A DNA stretch of 59,175 nt, from NCBI RefSeq assembly GCF_004010195.1, contig NC_057749.1:24699697-24758871 (forward strand). The letters are read 5' to 3'. Below are positions 11,866 through 24,294 of this stretch, piece after piece. The translations under genes and the position numbers were made by a program. The stretch is from Chiloscyllium plagiosum (Eukaryota). Position 1 is the stretch's first letter. Each line of letters starts with the position of its first letter. Under the pieces are notes generated by a model. That model searched no databases and was not told where the DNA came from. It worked only from the letters and a program-made list of their open reading frames with translations.

Positions 11866-12469
11866 CCCATTGTGTCCATGCCAGCTCAGTACTGCCTCTC
11901 CCTACCCTCTCTGCACATCGCTGCATGTTCCTCCTTAAACAGAGTTGATAAAGACGGCAGAAAAGTGATTCAAATGCCTGCGTGCTTAACTAACATCAAG
12001 ATATGAATAGGAAGGGTTTAGGAGATGTGGGCCAAATGCTGGTGAATGGGACTAGATTAATGTAGGATATTGGGTTGGCATGGATGAATTGGACCGTAGG
12101 GTCTGTTTCCATGCTGGACATCTCTATGACTCTATAACACTTTAACCATTTATTCATCTTTGCTGAGTCCATTCCCAGCTTTCCTGCTCTCTCCACATAA
12201 CGTCGTCATCATTCTCACACACTTCTGCTGCATAGAGCGAGGCCGCTCATCCCATCAAAGCTGTGCTGGCTCTTTGTAAGATTCGGTCCTGCACTCCTTA
12301 TCAGTTTTGTCACAACCTTGCGATCTTTCTCCCGTTTTTAGTATTTAGGCCGTTCCCTTTTTCCCCTTGCGAATGAATTCATTTGCATCACCTTTCAGGC
12401 AAAGACTGTCAGCTCACTACCTGCCACATGAAGACAGTTCTCCTCATCACCTGGTGGCCTATCACGCGA

Positions 12470-12735
12470 GTTGTTCCGAGGCCCAGGGGAAGGCTCTGTG
12501 GAGATCTGGGTTCAAATCCCACCAGGGTGGCTGGTGGAATTTAAATTTGATTAATAAACCTGGAATTAAAAGCCTAATCTCAATGATGGTTTTTAGTCAT
12601 TGTTGCAAAAACGTATATGGTTAACCAATGCCCTTTAGGGAAGGAAATCTGCCATCCTTACCTGGTCTGGCCTACATGTGACTCCAGACCCACAGCAATG
12701 TGGTTGACTCTTAACTGCCCTCTGAAATGGCCAGA
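12470..12735 (+). mobile_element. Third tRNA-derived SINE family (other copies near 23255-23470, 33080-33250, 38240-38985, 42830-43130, 45365-46215, 51300-51930)
   Basis: GGTTCAAATCC B box plus the recurrent block CCTTTAGGGAAGGAAATCTGCCATCCTTACCTGGTCTGGCCTACATGTGACTCCAGACCCACAGCAATGTGGTTGACTCTTAACTGCCC. Confidence 0.7.
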
Positions 12736-13509
12736 TCAGTTATGAAAGCCTCTTCACGTAGAGTCATAGAGATGTACAGCATGGACAGACCCCTCAGTCT
12801 AACTTGTCCATGCTGACCAGGTATCCTGAATTAATCTAGTCCCATTTGCCAGCACTTGGTCCATATCTCTGCCTAAACCCCTCAGCTCATAACAGAGCAA
12901 TCCTAGCTTCTCCAGAGTTTTACAGAAATGCAGTCCTTCATTCCCGGTGCCACTCCAGTAAATTTCTCTCGTAGCCTCACCATTGTCATCGCTAAAGTGT
13001 GGTGCAAAGGATTGGAATGGGATGCTTCAGTTGAAACTAATCCTTAAACCTGGAGTACCAGGTATTGAGGAGTGCTGCAAGTGGGGCTGAGTCAATTTGC
13101 TGATGAATTTGTACAAACGGATCCCCAAGACAGGCAAAGCGTCCTACGTAAGATTTAATGCATCACATCTTCGCATGGAAGATGATCATTTGGCCCATTA
13201 CTCCATTACTGTCCCTCTGAAAGGAAGTTAGAATGAAAATATCCTGCTTTCTTTCATCACATTAGGATATAGCTTTACATCTGAGCACAACATCGGGGCC
13301 CGCTCCAAGTGTCTCACTCTTTGACCTATCTCCAATACCACATAATGATTTATTTTGCAAACATTTATCCATTTCCGTTTTAAAATCTGCTTGGATTCTG
13401 TTCCTCTCCACTGTTCCTTTCATCAATGTATTAGGTATGCCCTTTAGATGCCAACTCTATTAACACTGTTTGCAGTTTTTCTCACAGAGATCAGGGATGA
13501 TGTTTCTTA

Positions 13510-14095
13510 TTGAAAAAAAAAATACTTTATTCATTAATAAAGTGATCCTTATGTGCAAAAGCAGGTACTGAAGGAGTTCTGTACAGTCTTTGTATATGAA
13601 GAGAAAACAGACTTTGGGATTTGGCATTCCCTGCAGTTGTAGAAGGGAAATGCATTTCTTACTCATTCAAGAGTGTGTTTGAGCACATTGCGGCAGTGCG
13701 AGGGTCTGATAACGGAACCAATCCTCATTCAAGAAGATCTTTCCCCACTGGGCCTTGGCGGCAGTGGCCCCAAGATTTTAGTGCGTCCCTCAGCACGTAG
13801 ACCTGGGCCTTGGGATGTGCCAGTCTGCAAGACTCAGTCAGTTTCAGGCAGACCAAAGAGCGTGTCTCGCTGAGTTGGTGGACCTCCAGGTGCTGCCATT
13901 GTTTGTCTCAGTGTGCATCCCGGTGAACAGCCCATAGAACACAGAGTCCCGCATCACGGAGTGGATAACCTCAACACAAACCACCGTGTCTCTCTCCAGA
14001 ACCTCATTGCAAAGGCGCATTCCAGAAGGAGATGGTGACAGTCTCTTACACGTTCCCCCCACACCCGTCCCAGCCGCTTTGAGGGCAGTGTGCGG
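13510..14095 (-). mobile_element. Tx1/L1-clade LINE 3' remnant
   Basis: The frameshifted minus strand gives GCGG..ETVT.HLLLECAFA (Cys/His knuckle-like)...SVMRDSVFYGLFTGMHTETN..STWRSTNSARHALWSA..RLAHPKAQVYVLRDALK..AKAQWGK, followed by AATAAA. Confidence 0.7.
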
Positions 14096-14102
14096 TGATG
14101 CA

Positions 14103-14412
14103 TGGGTGGCACGGTGGCTCAGTGTTTGGCACTGCTGCCTCACAGCGCCAGGAACCCGGGTTCAATTCCCACCTCAGGCAAATGTCTGTGTGCATTTTGC
14201 ACGTTCTCCCTGAGTCTGTGTGGGTTGCCTCTGGGTGCTCCAGTTTCCTCCCAGAGTCCAAACTTGTGCAGGTCCGGTGAACTGGCCATGCTAAATTGCC
14301 CGTGGTGTTAGTGAGGGGTAAATGTAGGAGAATGAGTCTGGGTGGGTTACTCTTTGAAGGATTGGTGTGTGGACTTGTTGGGCCAAATGGCCTCATTTAA
14401 ACGAATCTAATC
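14103..14412 (+). mobile_element. HE1-type SINE
   Basis: Head GGGTGGCACGGTGGCTCAGTG, B box GGTTCAATTCC, HER1-like tail. Confidence 0.85.
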
Positions 14413-15799
14413 TCCCAGGTAGTGCCCTTCCCACCACCAGCCGAGCAACGTCTTGTGCTTGTTGGAACATTCTGGTGGTGAGGCACTCTGCCACATGGCA
14501 CAGACAGTCTGCTCAGGGAACCACACGACAGGATTCATCTCTCCTTTACCCACAGGTTCTGTTTGGGGATGTTATGATACACTGCTGGAGAAGGTGGGAC
14601 TGGAACCTGGGGGCTCCTCCCCCAGTGACTGGGTTTAAGAGCTCCTTAAACAAGGATCAGGCATGATATCAACTGGCATCTTGAACTAACCCCTTCAGAC
14701 AGATTGTGGCACATCTCCAGCACAGGTGGGATTTGAACCCAGCTTGGTAGACCTCAACAGAGGAACACTGTGCAATTAGAGCCAATCCTGGCAGTTTAGA
14801 AACTGGGTTTTGCTCATTAGTCTGTGATATTTGTAACTGGGAGATGACAGCACAGTACCAGAGTACGGTGAGGATGCCTGCCCTCAGCTTGTCTCCTCCA
14901 AGTACTTCCATTTCTTCCCTATTTTCTCAGCTTTTCTTTCCTTACTTTAACCCTCCTTCCCATCTATAGAAGCTCAGACAGCTTCAAGATATCCAACGTC
15001 TGATATAGATTGGTCACTACTGATGGTGGAGGGGGGTGAGGGTATGTTCCCGGTGGGGGAGGTAGGGGGGTGAGANNNNNNNNNNNNNNNNNNNNNNNNN
15101 NNNNNNNNNNNNNNNNNNNNNNNNNNNNNNNNNNNNNNNNNNNNNNNNNNNNNNNNNNNNNNNNNNNNNNNNNNNNNNNNNNNNNNNNNNNNNNNNNNNN
15201 NNNNNNNNNNNNNNNNNNNNNNNNNNNNNNNNNNNNNNNNNNNNNNNNNNNNNNNNNNNNNNNNNNNNNNNNNNNNNNNNNNNNNNNNNNNNNNNNNNNN
15301 NNNNNNNNNNNNNNNNNNNNNNNNNNNNNNNNNNNNNNNNNNNNNNNNNNNNNNNNNNNNNNNNNNNNNNNNNNNNNNNNNNNNNNNNNNNNNNNNNNNN
15401 NNNNNNNNNNNNNNNNNNNNNNNNNNNNNNNNNNNNNNNNNNNNNNNNNNNNNNNNNNNNNNNNNNNNNNNNNNNNNNNNNNNNNNNNNNNNNNNNNNNN
15501 NNNNNNNNNNNNNNNNNNNNNNNNNNNNNNNNNNNNNNNNNNNNNNNNNNNNNNNNNNNNNNNNNNNNNNNNNNNNNNNNNNNNNNNNNNNNNNNNNNNN
15601 NNNNNNNNNNNNNNNNNNNNNNNNNNNNNNNNNNNNNNNNNNNNNNNNNNNNNNNNNNNNNNNNNNNNNNNNNNNNNNNNNNNNNNNNNCTTATGTGGGA
15701 GGGAGGGGGGTGAGTGTGTATTTCTGGTTGGGTGGGAGGGGGGTATGGGTGTGATTCTGGTCGGGGTTGGTGAGTGTGTGTTTCCATCGAGGGAGGGGG

Positions 15800-16165
15800 T
15801 GGTGGTAAGTTTTGGCTCAGTACCCGGTGAGGAACTCTGGCAGCAGCGGCTGCTTTGCCAGGATTGGCCAGGCATGTTCTCCTGGCGTTGGCAAGGGCGG
15901 TACAGAGAATTTGGCGCAGTGCTGAGCTGTTTCGGGACTCAAGGCTGGGCAACTGCTTCCTGCTGGTGTTAGTCTCAGCGTCGCGATGGAAGGGGCTGGG
16001 TCCAGGCACTTAACAAGGATGTCATGTTGAATTTTAACTTAATTCTTTGTTTCTACTTTATCCCTAAGATTCTATCTATAAGATGGCGCCGGGAATGGCA
16101 ACTTTGTTCACTTTTCACTGTACTCCCGTCTCCTTGTACTTGAGTACATGTGACAATAATAAGTA
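15800..16165 (+). mobile_element. Unclassified interspersed repeat with a LINE-like TTTTCACTGTACTC...GTACATGTGACAATAA tail (related copies 43760-43910 minus, about 53450-53770 plus)
   Basis: All three copies share AAGATGG followed by a ...CTGTA....GTACA.GTGACA(ATAA) 3' end. The 43.8 kb copy ends in (ATTCT)n. Confidence 0.5.
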
Positions 16166-16654
16166 CTGAACATCTCCACTGGAGATATGCCTTACCTCCT
16201 CATTAAGACCAGTTCATTCTGGCCAGCTTGTTGAAAGGAGTCCACACTGAGCAGCTCAAGGACCCCGTTGTTGCAAGCATTTTGAATGTGAAAATCAGTG
16301 TTCTCCAGCATAGTGTACATCAGAACTTGATTTCCACTCTTGAAGGGAACAAGGAGAATGTAAAGTCTCCATGGTCTTACCAGGCCATAGGACTGCTATC
16401 TCATTAGAGATGGCTGGTGGTGCTTTAACCTGAGGGTCACCATGCCTCAGGTAAAGGGAGAAGGAGAGTCTTTCATGGTTACATCAGCTGCTGCGGGGAT
16501 TGAGCCCAATACTTTAGCATCACAAACCAGCCATCCAACCATCTAACCCCTCACATGGAGAAGGGAGTCAATGTTTACCGGGCAAAGGTGGACCTATAGC
16601 AATAATCAGACCAGGGACTGAAGACTTATTCCTGCTCCTACTTCATATATGCAG

Positions 16655-18190
16655 TCATCGAATCACACAGCACAGAAACAGACCCTTCGGTCCAACCAGT
16701 CCATGCTGACCACAATCCCAAACTAAACTACTTCCGATTTGGAGATGCTGGCATTAGACTGGGGTGTACAAAGTTAAAAATCACAAGACACCAGGTTATG
16801 GTCCAATAGGTTTAATTGGAAGCACTAGCGTTCGGAGCACTGCTCCTTCATCAAGTGGTTGTAGATCTTATACTCCACAATCACCTTATGAAGGAGCAGC
16901 GCTCCGAAAGCTAGTGCTTCCAATTAAACCTGTTGGACTATAAACTGGTGTTGTGTGATTTTTAACTTTAAACTGGTTCCACCTGCCTGCACTTGGCCTA
17001 TATCCCTCCAAACCTTTCCTATTCATGTACTTATCCAAGTGTCTTTCCAACATTGTAACTGTACTCACATCCACCATTTCCTCTGGAAGCTCACTCCACG
17101 CAACAATCATTCTCTGTGTAAAAAAATTTCCTGTGTGTTTTTTAAAAAATTTTTCTCCTCTCACTTTAAAAATCTGCCCCCGGTCTTGAAATTCCTCACC
17201 TCAGGAAAAAGACAGCTGTCATTCACTTTACCTCGACCTTACATGATTTTATAAGCCTCTATGAGGTCACCCCTCAACTGCCTCCACTCCAGTGAAAAAT
17301 GTTCCAGTCTATCCAGCCTCTCCCTGTAACTCAAACTCTCCATCCTTGGCAAAATCCTGGCAACACATGAACCATTCTCTGCGTAAACAAATAGCCTCCC
17401 ATCTTTTATAAATCTTTCTTCTCTCACCTTAAAAATACACCCCCAAGTGTTGAGATCCCCTACCCTAGGTAAAAGACACCCACCATTCACCTTATCTGGA
17501 CCCCTCCTGATTTTATAAACCTCTATAAGGTCACCCCTCAACTTCCTCCACTCCAGTGAGAACAGTTCCAGTAAAATTTGCTGTGTGTTTTTTAAAAAAT
17601 TTTTCTCCTCTCACTTTAAAAATCTGCCCCCGGTCTTGAAATTCCTCACCTCAGGAAAAAGACAGCTGTCATTCACTTTACCTCGACCTTACATGATTTT
17701 ATAAGCCTCTATGAGGTCACCCCTCAACTGCCTCCACTCCAGTGAAAAATGTTCCAGTCTATCCAGCCTCTCCCTGTAACTCAAACTCTCCATCCTTGGC
17801 AAAATCCTGGCAACACATGAACCATTCTCTGCGTAAACAAATAGCCTCCCATCTTTTATAAATCTTTCTTCTCTCACCTTAAAAATACACCCCCAAGTGT
17901 TGAGATCCCCTACCCTAGGTAAAAGACACCCACCATTCACCTTATCTGGACCCCTCATGATTTTATAAACCTCTATAAGGTCACCCCTCAACTTCCTCCA
18001 CTCCAGTGAGAACAGTTCCAGTCTATTCAGCCTCTCCTTATAATTAAAACCCTCCATTCCTAGCAACATTCTGGCAAATCTCTTCTGCGTCCTCTCCAGC
18101 TTAATAATACCCTTCCTACAACAGTGTGACCAGAACTGGACACAGTGTTCCAGAAGAGGCCTCACCAATGTCCTGTACAACGTCAACACA
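16655..18190 (-). mobile_element. CR1/HER1-like LINE 3' fragments, interrupted by a PLE fold-back and containing a 450-bp duplication
   Basis: ORF 17689-18189(-) LYRTLVRPLLEHCVQFWS...LRGDLIEVYKIM. 17123-17572 is repeated at 17573-18022. Confidence 0.85.
16731..16969. mobile_element. PLE-derived fold-back element, family C
   Basis: Inverted arms at about 16770-16863 and 16874-16969, each with a degenerate hammerhead (CAC-CTTATGA-A-GGAGC AGC GCTCC-GAAAGCTA-GTG). It interrupts a LINE 3' UTR. Confidence 0.7.
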
Positions 18191-18524
18191 GGAATGTAGA
18201 ATGAATAATTGGAGCTGTTTCTAGGTCAGTAGAGGTAAAGGATTTATTATAACATATTATGATGTTTGGCAGTCACAAAAACAGTTGGCTGTGTCAGGCT
18301 GTCCTCTCTATTATCGCGAACCGTCTCTCATTTCCCCCTTGCCACCAGCCCTTGGATTTTTCAGGCCCCAGGAAAGGGTACCCCTTTATGTAGGACAGGG
18401 TTTGTCATAAATGCAACAACAACAACTTACTTTTGTCAATAGCTCAAATCAATCTGTTCGGTGACATCAGGCCATCCCTCTGGAGCATGTGGGCCTCTTG
18501 GCTCAGAGATATGCACACTACCAT

Positions 18525-19060
18525 TGCTACTGTGTCCAGTTCTGGTCCCCCTGTTAAAGGAAGGATATTATTAAATCAGAGAGGGTTCGGAAAAGGTTTA
18601 CCAGGATGTTGCAGGAATGGAGGGTTTGAGTTATAAGGATAGGCTGGGACTGTTTTCACTGGAGCGTAGCAGGTTGAGAGGTGACCTTATAGAGATTTAT
18701 AAAATAATGAGGGGTATAGATAAGGTGGATGGCAGGCGTCTTTTCTCTAGGGTGGGGGATTTCAAGACTGGGAGGGGGCACATTTTTAAGGTGAGAGGAG
18801 GAAGACTTTAAAAAGTCAAGGGGCCATTTGTTTAAACAGAGAGCGGTTCATGAGTGGAATGAACTGCCACAGGAAGTAAAAGATATGGGTACAGTTACAA
18901 AGTGTAAAAGACATTTGGACAAAGACATGAATAAGAAATGCTTGGAGGGATAGGGCCAAGCGCAGGCAGATGGGACTAGTTTAGTTTGGGATTATGGTTG
19001 GCATGGACTGGTTGGACCGAAGGATCTGTTTCTGTGCTGTAAGACTCAATGACTCCATGA
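18525..19060 (+). mobile_element. CR1/HER1-like LINE 3' fragment
   Basis: MEGLSYKDRLGLFSLERSRLRGDLIEIYKIMRG plus a 3' UTR tail. Confidence 0.85.
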
Positions 19061-20379
19061 TTCCCCAGAGCACAGCCAAAGCCCTCATTCTCATTCCTAT
19101 ATGGGATCTGCCTGCATTCAGACAAGTGTTGCATTTGCCAACTTAACCGCAATTTGTGGGACTATAACAGACTGTCAGGACAGATGGAGCTTGAACTTGG
19201 CCTTCCTGGCCCAGAGGTGGAACACTACCTCTGAGGTCTAAGATGTCAATTATAGTAAATGATTCTCAGGGTACCTCACAGGAGGATTGTTACAAAAGGT
19301 AACAGTAAACTTGGTGAAGGAGGCAGATTTTACAGAATGTCTTAAGGGAGGAGTGAGAGGTGGAGATGTTTAGGGTTGGAATTTCAGAATATACGGGCTC
19401 AGTGGCTGAGACAGCCAGTTCATGATCATTTGGCAGGGAGTCCCAGACACATAAGAGATAAGCACACTGTAAAGACCCACTGAATGGATGTTGCAATGTA
19501 CATGAATGCACCAAATAGAATGAAGTCATGCTGAATGTATCTTTGCAGCTTGACATTCTTTGGCTATGAACACATGGGAGCTCATCCCATAATCCAAACA
19601 TCCCATTAATGCCGCAAGACTCCCTGCTGAAAGCAACAAATCCCAGTAACGTTCCTGACAATGTCAGTCACGATGCCAATTATTGCTCTTAGAAAGTTAA
19701 TGGTGCAATTTTTCCCACTAATCTGTATCCTCCCACAGTTGCTGAAGGCAATGATGCTTCTGAATGTTCCCATAGTCCAAAGATGTGCAGGTTAGGTGGA
19801 TTGGCCATGACAAATGCACGGTTGCAGGCATGGGTAAGGGGTGGGTCTAAGTGGGGTGATCTTCAGAGGGGTCGGTGTGGACTCAATGGGCTGAATGGCC
19901 TGCTTCCCCACTCTAGGGGTTCTATGATTCTATGAATCATAATTGAACAGGGCTAGAATAGTCAGACTCTTAACTTGAGGTGACTGTTCCTCTGTGTGAG
20001 AGTCAGGATGGACTATGGGATATTGGATGACAATATTATAAATGACCAACTCCAGGAAATGGGAAGACTGCAGAAGGATACGGACAGGCTAGATGGGCTA
20101 CAGTTTGGGCAAATGTGAGGCAATACATTTTGAATAGAGGCATAGATTATTTTCCAAATGGGGAAAGGCTTTAGAAATCTGGATTAGGAATTAGGACTCC
20201 AGGTTCGGGATTCCCTTCAGGTTAACATGCAGGTTCAGTTGGCAGTTAGGTTGGCAAATGCAATGTTAGCATTCGTTTCAAGAAGGCTGGAGTACAAGAG
20301 CAGGAAATAAATTGCAAGGAAAGTTGGGATCTTTTCCCAACAAGAGTAGGAAATAAATTGCAAGGAAAGTTGGGATCTT

Positions 20380-20560
20380 TTCCTGATGTCCCGGTCAAAG
20401 CTTTTCTCTCAATCAATATTGCAAAAACATTTCATTGTGGAAACTCACTGTGCACAAATAAATGCTTAGTTTCTACATTAGTGACCGTACTCCAGAAATA
20501 CTTCATTGACTGTACAACACTTCGGGACATCCTGCATTCACAAAAGTGCTGCAACTTGTT
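20380..20560 (+). mobile_element. DeuSINE (SacSINE1-like) remnant; further remnants near 22040-22245 (tRNA head) and 25870-26205
   Basis: Resembles my recollection of the Deu domain and L2-type tail (CTCAATCAA...TGTGCACAAAT...CTACATTAGTGAC..TACTTCATTGACTGT..CACTTCGGGACATCCTG). Not checked against a database. Confidence 0.55.
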
Positions 20561-20913
20561 CTCCCCTTAACCTTGTCTGCTTCTACAAGAACAATCTCTA
20601 GTCTCCAGACCATATGAGCCATTGGGAAAACTCCATATTCAATGTTGCATTAGTGATAATCGACCACTCTCTTTGAGGATGAGCTCCATGTTTATTTGAA
20701 ACACAGGGGGAAAGAGCAGGGAGGGGGTCTATCAAAGAACTAGCACTGGCAGGATCACAGAATGATACAATCCCTACAGTGTAGAAGCAGGCCATTCAGC
20801 CCATTGAGTCCATTCTGACCCTCTGAAGAACAGATTGGCTGAATGGACTTTCCTGCTCTATGATGCTACAATGGGCTGTATACTAACTCCCAGAATTGGG
20901 GAGACTAGATTTG

Positions 20914-21040
20914 GGGAGAAAGTGAGGACTGCAGATGCTGGAGATCAGAGCTGAAAATGTGTTGCTGGAAAAGCGCTTATGCCCGAAACGTCGATTCACC
21001 TGTTCCTTGGATGCTGCCTGACCTGCTGCGCTTTTCCAGC
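20914..21040. mobile_element. PLE-derived fold-back element, family A, 13-bp TSD
   Basis: GAGACTAGATTTG at 20901-20913 and 21041-21053. Inverted GCTGGAAAAGCGC/GCGCTTTTCCAGC arms. Confidence 0.85.
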
Positions 21041-21681
21041 GAGACTAGATTTGCGACAAGGTTAAAACTCAAAAAAATGTAGAACATAGACATGAACTGT
21101 CACTAAATAATGCACTGCTGGTTTCATTGGTGATAGCATTGGTCACTTATACAAGGTTAGAAATCTTCCTCATGATCTATCACACCCTTTTTCCCCCTAC
21201 TAGACTGCCCTGGTGTTAAAGGACAGATTGGTCGTACCCTACAGGATTCAAGACCAACCTCAAGTTACCCACACTCAGAGCAGCAATGCCCTTCATCCTC
21301 TCTCCTCAAACTCTGCTCCCCTCCTTGCTGGATGATGGAAACTACAGTAGCCCCAAATGGCCACGCTGCATTTTCTGTGTATCACGCTGTACACTCACCC
21401 AACCCTCAACAGCCCCCAGCTCACCCCTTCCCATTCACTTCTATTCTCTTGGGAAACCTTCAATACCAATGACTCCATACAGAGCTGATTGAATGGCTTT
21501 CTGCAATCCCATCACATGGTTCTCCTTAAACAAAGGGCCCCTGGAGACCAAGCATTTTTTGGTTATATTGAAGTGTGCAATGATGTTCCCACAACGTGGC
21601 TTGAAAGAAAATCAACTGTTATAGGATGTGGTTGCATTGAGTAGGCTTGTAAAAGGGAGTCTGGTGCCTTCCTTTTCCTAG

Positions 21682-21755
21682 TAACCTCTTGATCCGCACC
21701 ATCTGCTCCAGCCCCATTTTCCGTCTGAACGATGTGCATGTTTCCAAGCCGAACG
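21682..21755 (+). CDS. Candidate internal host exon (74 nt, phase 2 to phase 1), product unidentified
   Basis: Acceptor CCTTCCTTTTCCTAG and donor G|GTAAGA. Only one frame is open (NLLIRTICSSPIFRLNDVHVSKPN). It is CpG-retaining, has many C/G-ending codons and lies in non-repetitive DNA. Confidence 0.45.
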
Positions 21756-22261
21756 GTAAGAGTTGCTCGTTGGACTGTGCTGCTTGTGGTTGGGCCACAG
21801 AACCACAGGGACCGGGGCCACTCCAGGCTTTCGGTCACACAGTCTGGACATTGTTTTGTCTCCCGTGACCCTGAAATGACCCCTCGGTGAAGACTGGTGG
21901 GGAATTGCTGGGTCACATGATATTGCTTTGTGCATTGTTTTAACAGGAACACAAAGACACTTAAATCAAACGTAGGAGGCTCCATCAGATTAGCAGGCAA
22001 TGGAATTTCACACAGATGTTCGAAGTGTTCATTAAACTCGCTTTGGCTCGGTGGTAGAGCTTTTGTCTGAGCATCGGAATTTTGTGGGTTCAAGTCCCAT
22101 GGAGATCTAAGCACATAATATATATCAGTGAAATACTGAGGCATATGGAGCCAGGACTAGACAGCCACACAATCTGTCTTTCCAGTGTGATTTGTTAAAC
22201 CAAGAACATTATTGCATGTCACCTCAGGTAGATGAGGAATGTCTAACGAGTCAGAGAATAG

Positions 22262-22390
22262 CCATGATGGGGGAGGTGCTGGTGTTGGACCTGGTTGGAC
22301 AAGGTCAGAATTCACATGACACAAGGTTATAGTCCCAAATCCAATAAACCTATTGGACTATAATCTGGTGTTGTGTGACTTCTAACCTTG
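22262..22390. mobile_element. PLE-derived fold-back element, family C variant
   Basis: ACAAGGTCAGAA..CACATGACAC..GTTATAGTCC / GGACTATAATCTGGTGTTGTGTGACTTCTAACCTTGT inverted arms, flanked by a GTCAGAGAA direct repeat. Confidence 0.65.
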
Positions 22391-22509
22391 TCAGAGAAGT
22401 AGAGATGTTGTTCTGACCTACACAGCAACAAGAGAGAGGGGAAAAGTCGTTTAATGTTTTGAGTCAAATTCATCATTATTCGATAACCTCCTGATAGATC
22501 TACAATCTA

Positions 22510-23024
22510 GGAGAAAGTGAGGATTGCAGATGCTGGAGATTAGAGTCGAGAGTGTGGTGCTGGAGAAGCATAGCAGGTCAGGCAGCATCCGAGGAGCAGG
22601 AAAATCAACCTTTCAGGCATAAGCCCTTCATCAGGAATCTCTGGGAGAGTGTAGCCCTGAGCTGTGGCAGGGCTGACTGTAGGGAGAGAGTAGGTGGTGG
22701 CGCATGGCTGCGAATGTAGAGTGGAGGATCCAGGAGAACTGTTTCTGGAGGTCTTGGATTTGTAGTAGGTCCTGATTGTCCTGTTTAGGTCCAAATTGTG
22801 CTGGTTTGAATGTAGTCCTGAGTCCATGCGGGATCAGTTAATTCCGCAGGCAGGCGCTGAGGAAGGAAATGTGACTGTGGTAGCGAGTCTGCTTCAGGAC
22901 GTGACTAAAGAGCTTCAGGGCAGAGGAGATGACGTGGGTGTGCAGTCATTCCGGATGAAGGGCTTATGCCCAGAACGTCAACTCTCCTGCTCCTTGAATG
23001 CTGCCTGACCTGCTGTGTTTTTCC
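22510..23024 (-). mobile_element. Internally deleted PLE: N-terminal ORF fragment between two inverted hammerhead-bearing arms
   Basis: The minus-strand interior reads VISSALKLFSHVLKQTRYHSHISFLSACLRN*LIPHGLRTTFKPAQFGPKQDN (H..FL..C....LIP.GL, typical of PLE N-termini). TSD AGATCTACAA(T/C)CTA at 22496-22509 and 23025-23038. Confidence 0.75.
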
Positions 23025-23659
23025 AGATCTACAACCTAACCTCATACATTCATTCTTTCCCCGTATCCTGTAATGAGTTTGGTTAACAACACCCATCAAT
23101 CTCAGATTTAAAATTGATGCTGAATCTAGCATCCGCTGTCATTTGGAATCAAGAGTGTGGTGCTGGAAAAGCATTGCAGGTCAGGCAGCTTCCGAGGAGC
23201 AGGAAAATTGACATTTCGGGCAAAAGCCCTTCTTCAGGAATCATTGGAAAACCATTCAGGATCATATGCAGTTCAGTCAAGTCACTCCTCGCTCTCCTGT
23301 TCGCTAATGTCCTTTAGGGAAGGAAATCTGCCATCCTTACCTGGTCTGGCCTACATGTGACTCCAGACCCACAGCAATGTGGTTAACTCTTAACTTTTCT
23401 CTGGGCAATTAGGGATGGGCAATAAATGCTGACTGAGTTAATGACATTAATGTCCCATGAACGAATAAAAAACAACTCCAGTGGAAACTAACTCAGTCTG
23501 TCCAACCTTTCCTCAAAAGACAGTGTACTCATTCCAGACTTCAACAAAATGAAGCTGCTTTCAAACATTTCCATCCCCCCTTAAGCAAAGATACCAGGAC
23601 TACACACAGCAGTGGCCTCACCAATGTCTGGTATACCAAAACATGACATCCTGAACTCT

Positions 23660-23850
23660 TACACCAAAAACAGAAATTGCTGGAAAATCTCAGCGGGTCT
23701 GGCAGCATCTGTGGAGAGAAATCAGAGGAAGGGTGACTGGACCCAAAACATTAACGCTGATTTCTTGCCACAGGTGCTGCCGGACCTGCTGAGCTTTTCC
23801 AGCAATTTCTGTTTTTGTTTCTGATTTAGGGCATCCTCAGTTTTTTGGGT
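23660..23850. mobile_element. PLE-derived fold-back element, family B (others near 38025-38235, 40935-41030, 45878-46015, 48525-48557 plus 49803-49890)
   Basis: AAAAACAGAAATTGCTGGAAAA.CTCAGC..GTCTGGCAGCATCTGTGG and its inverse, with GAAGGGT.ACT.GACCC.AAAC.TTAAC at the centre. Confidence 0.7.
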
Positions 23851-24294
23851 TTTTTTTCCTTACTCTTAGGTTCAATTTTGTCTGTTATAACGTATAGATT
23901 TAAACATATAGAATTATAACGTATTGAATTATAATGGATATTATAATAATAATGTATAGAATTATAATGTATAGAATTCCACTGGCTTTCTTATTTACTC
24001 TCTGTACTTGCATACTTATATTTTGTACCATTTTATAGCACCTAGATCCCTCTGCAACTTGGGTTTCTTGCAGTCACTCACTGTTTAAATAATACTCTGC
24101 TTTTTAAAACATTCTTCCCACCAAAGTGAACAATGTCACTTTTTCCCACATTGTATTCACTCAACCTATCTATAAATGTTTATGAACTCTTTATATCCTC
24201 TTCACAATATTCATCTTTATTCATCTGCAAATCTAGCCACCATATTCATAGAAATTCACAGAATCCTTACAATGTGGAAACAGGCCATTTGTCT

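Noticed and set aside
14964..16009. 300-330 aa ORFs (and others spanning 8738-8986, 33910-34409, 49052-49556)
   Set aside because: They consist mostly of N-gap codons.
20914..21040. Classification of the short palindromes as DNA-transposon MITEs or pre-miRNAs
   Set aside because: The arms are asymmetric (one-sided tail), TSDs are 13-16 bp and variable, and the same arm is attached to PLE RT and endonuclease fragments.
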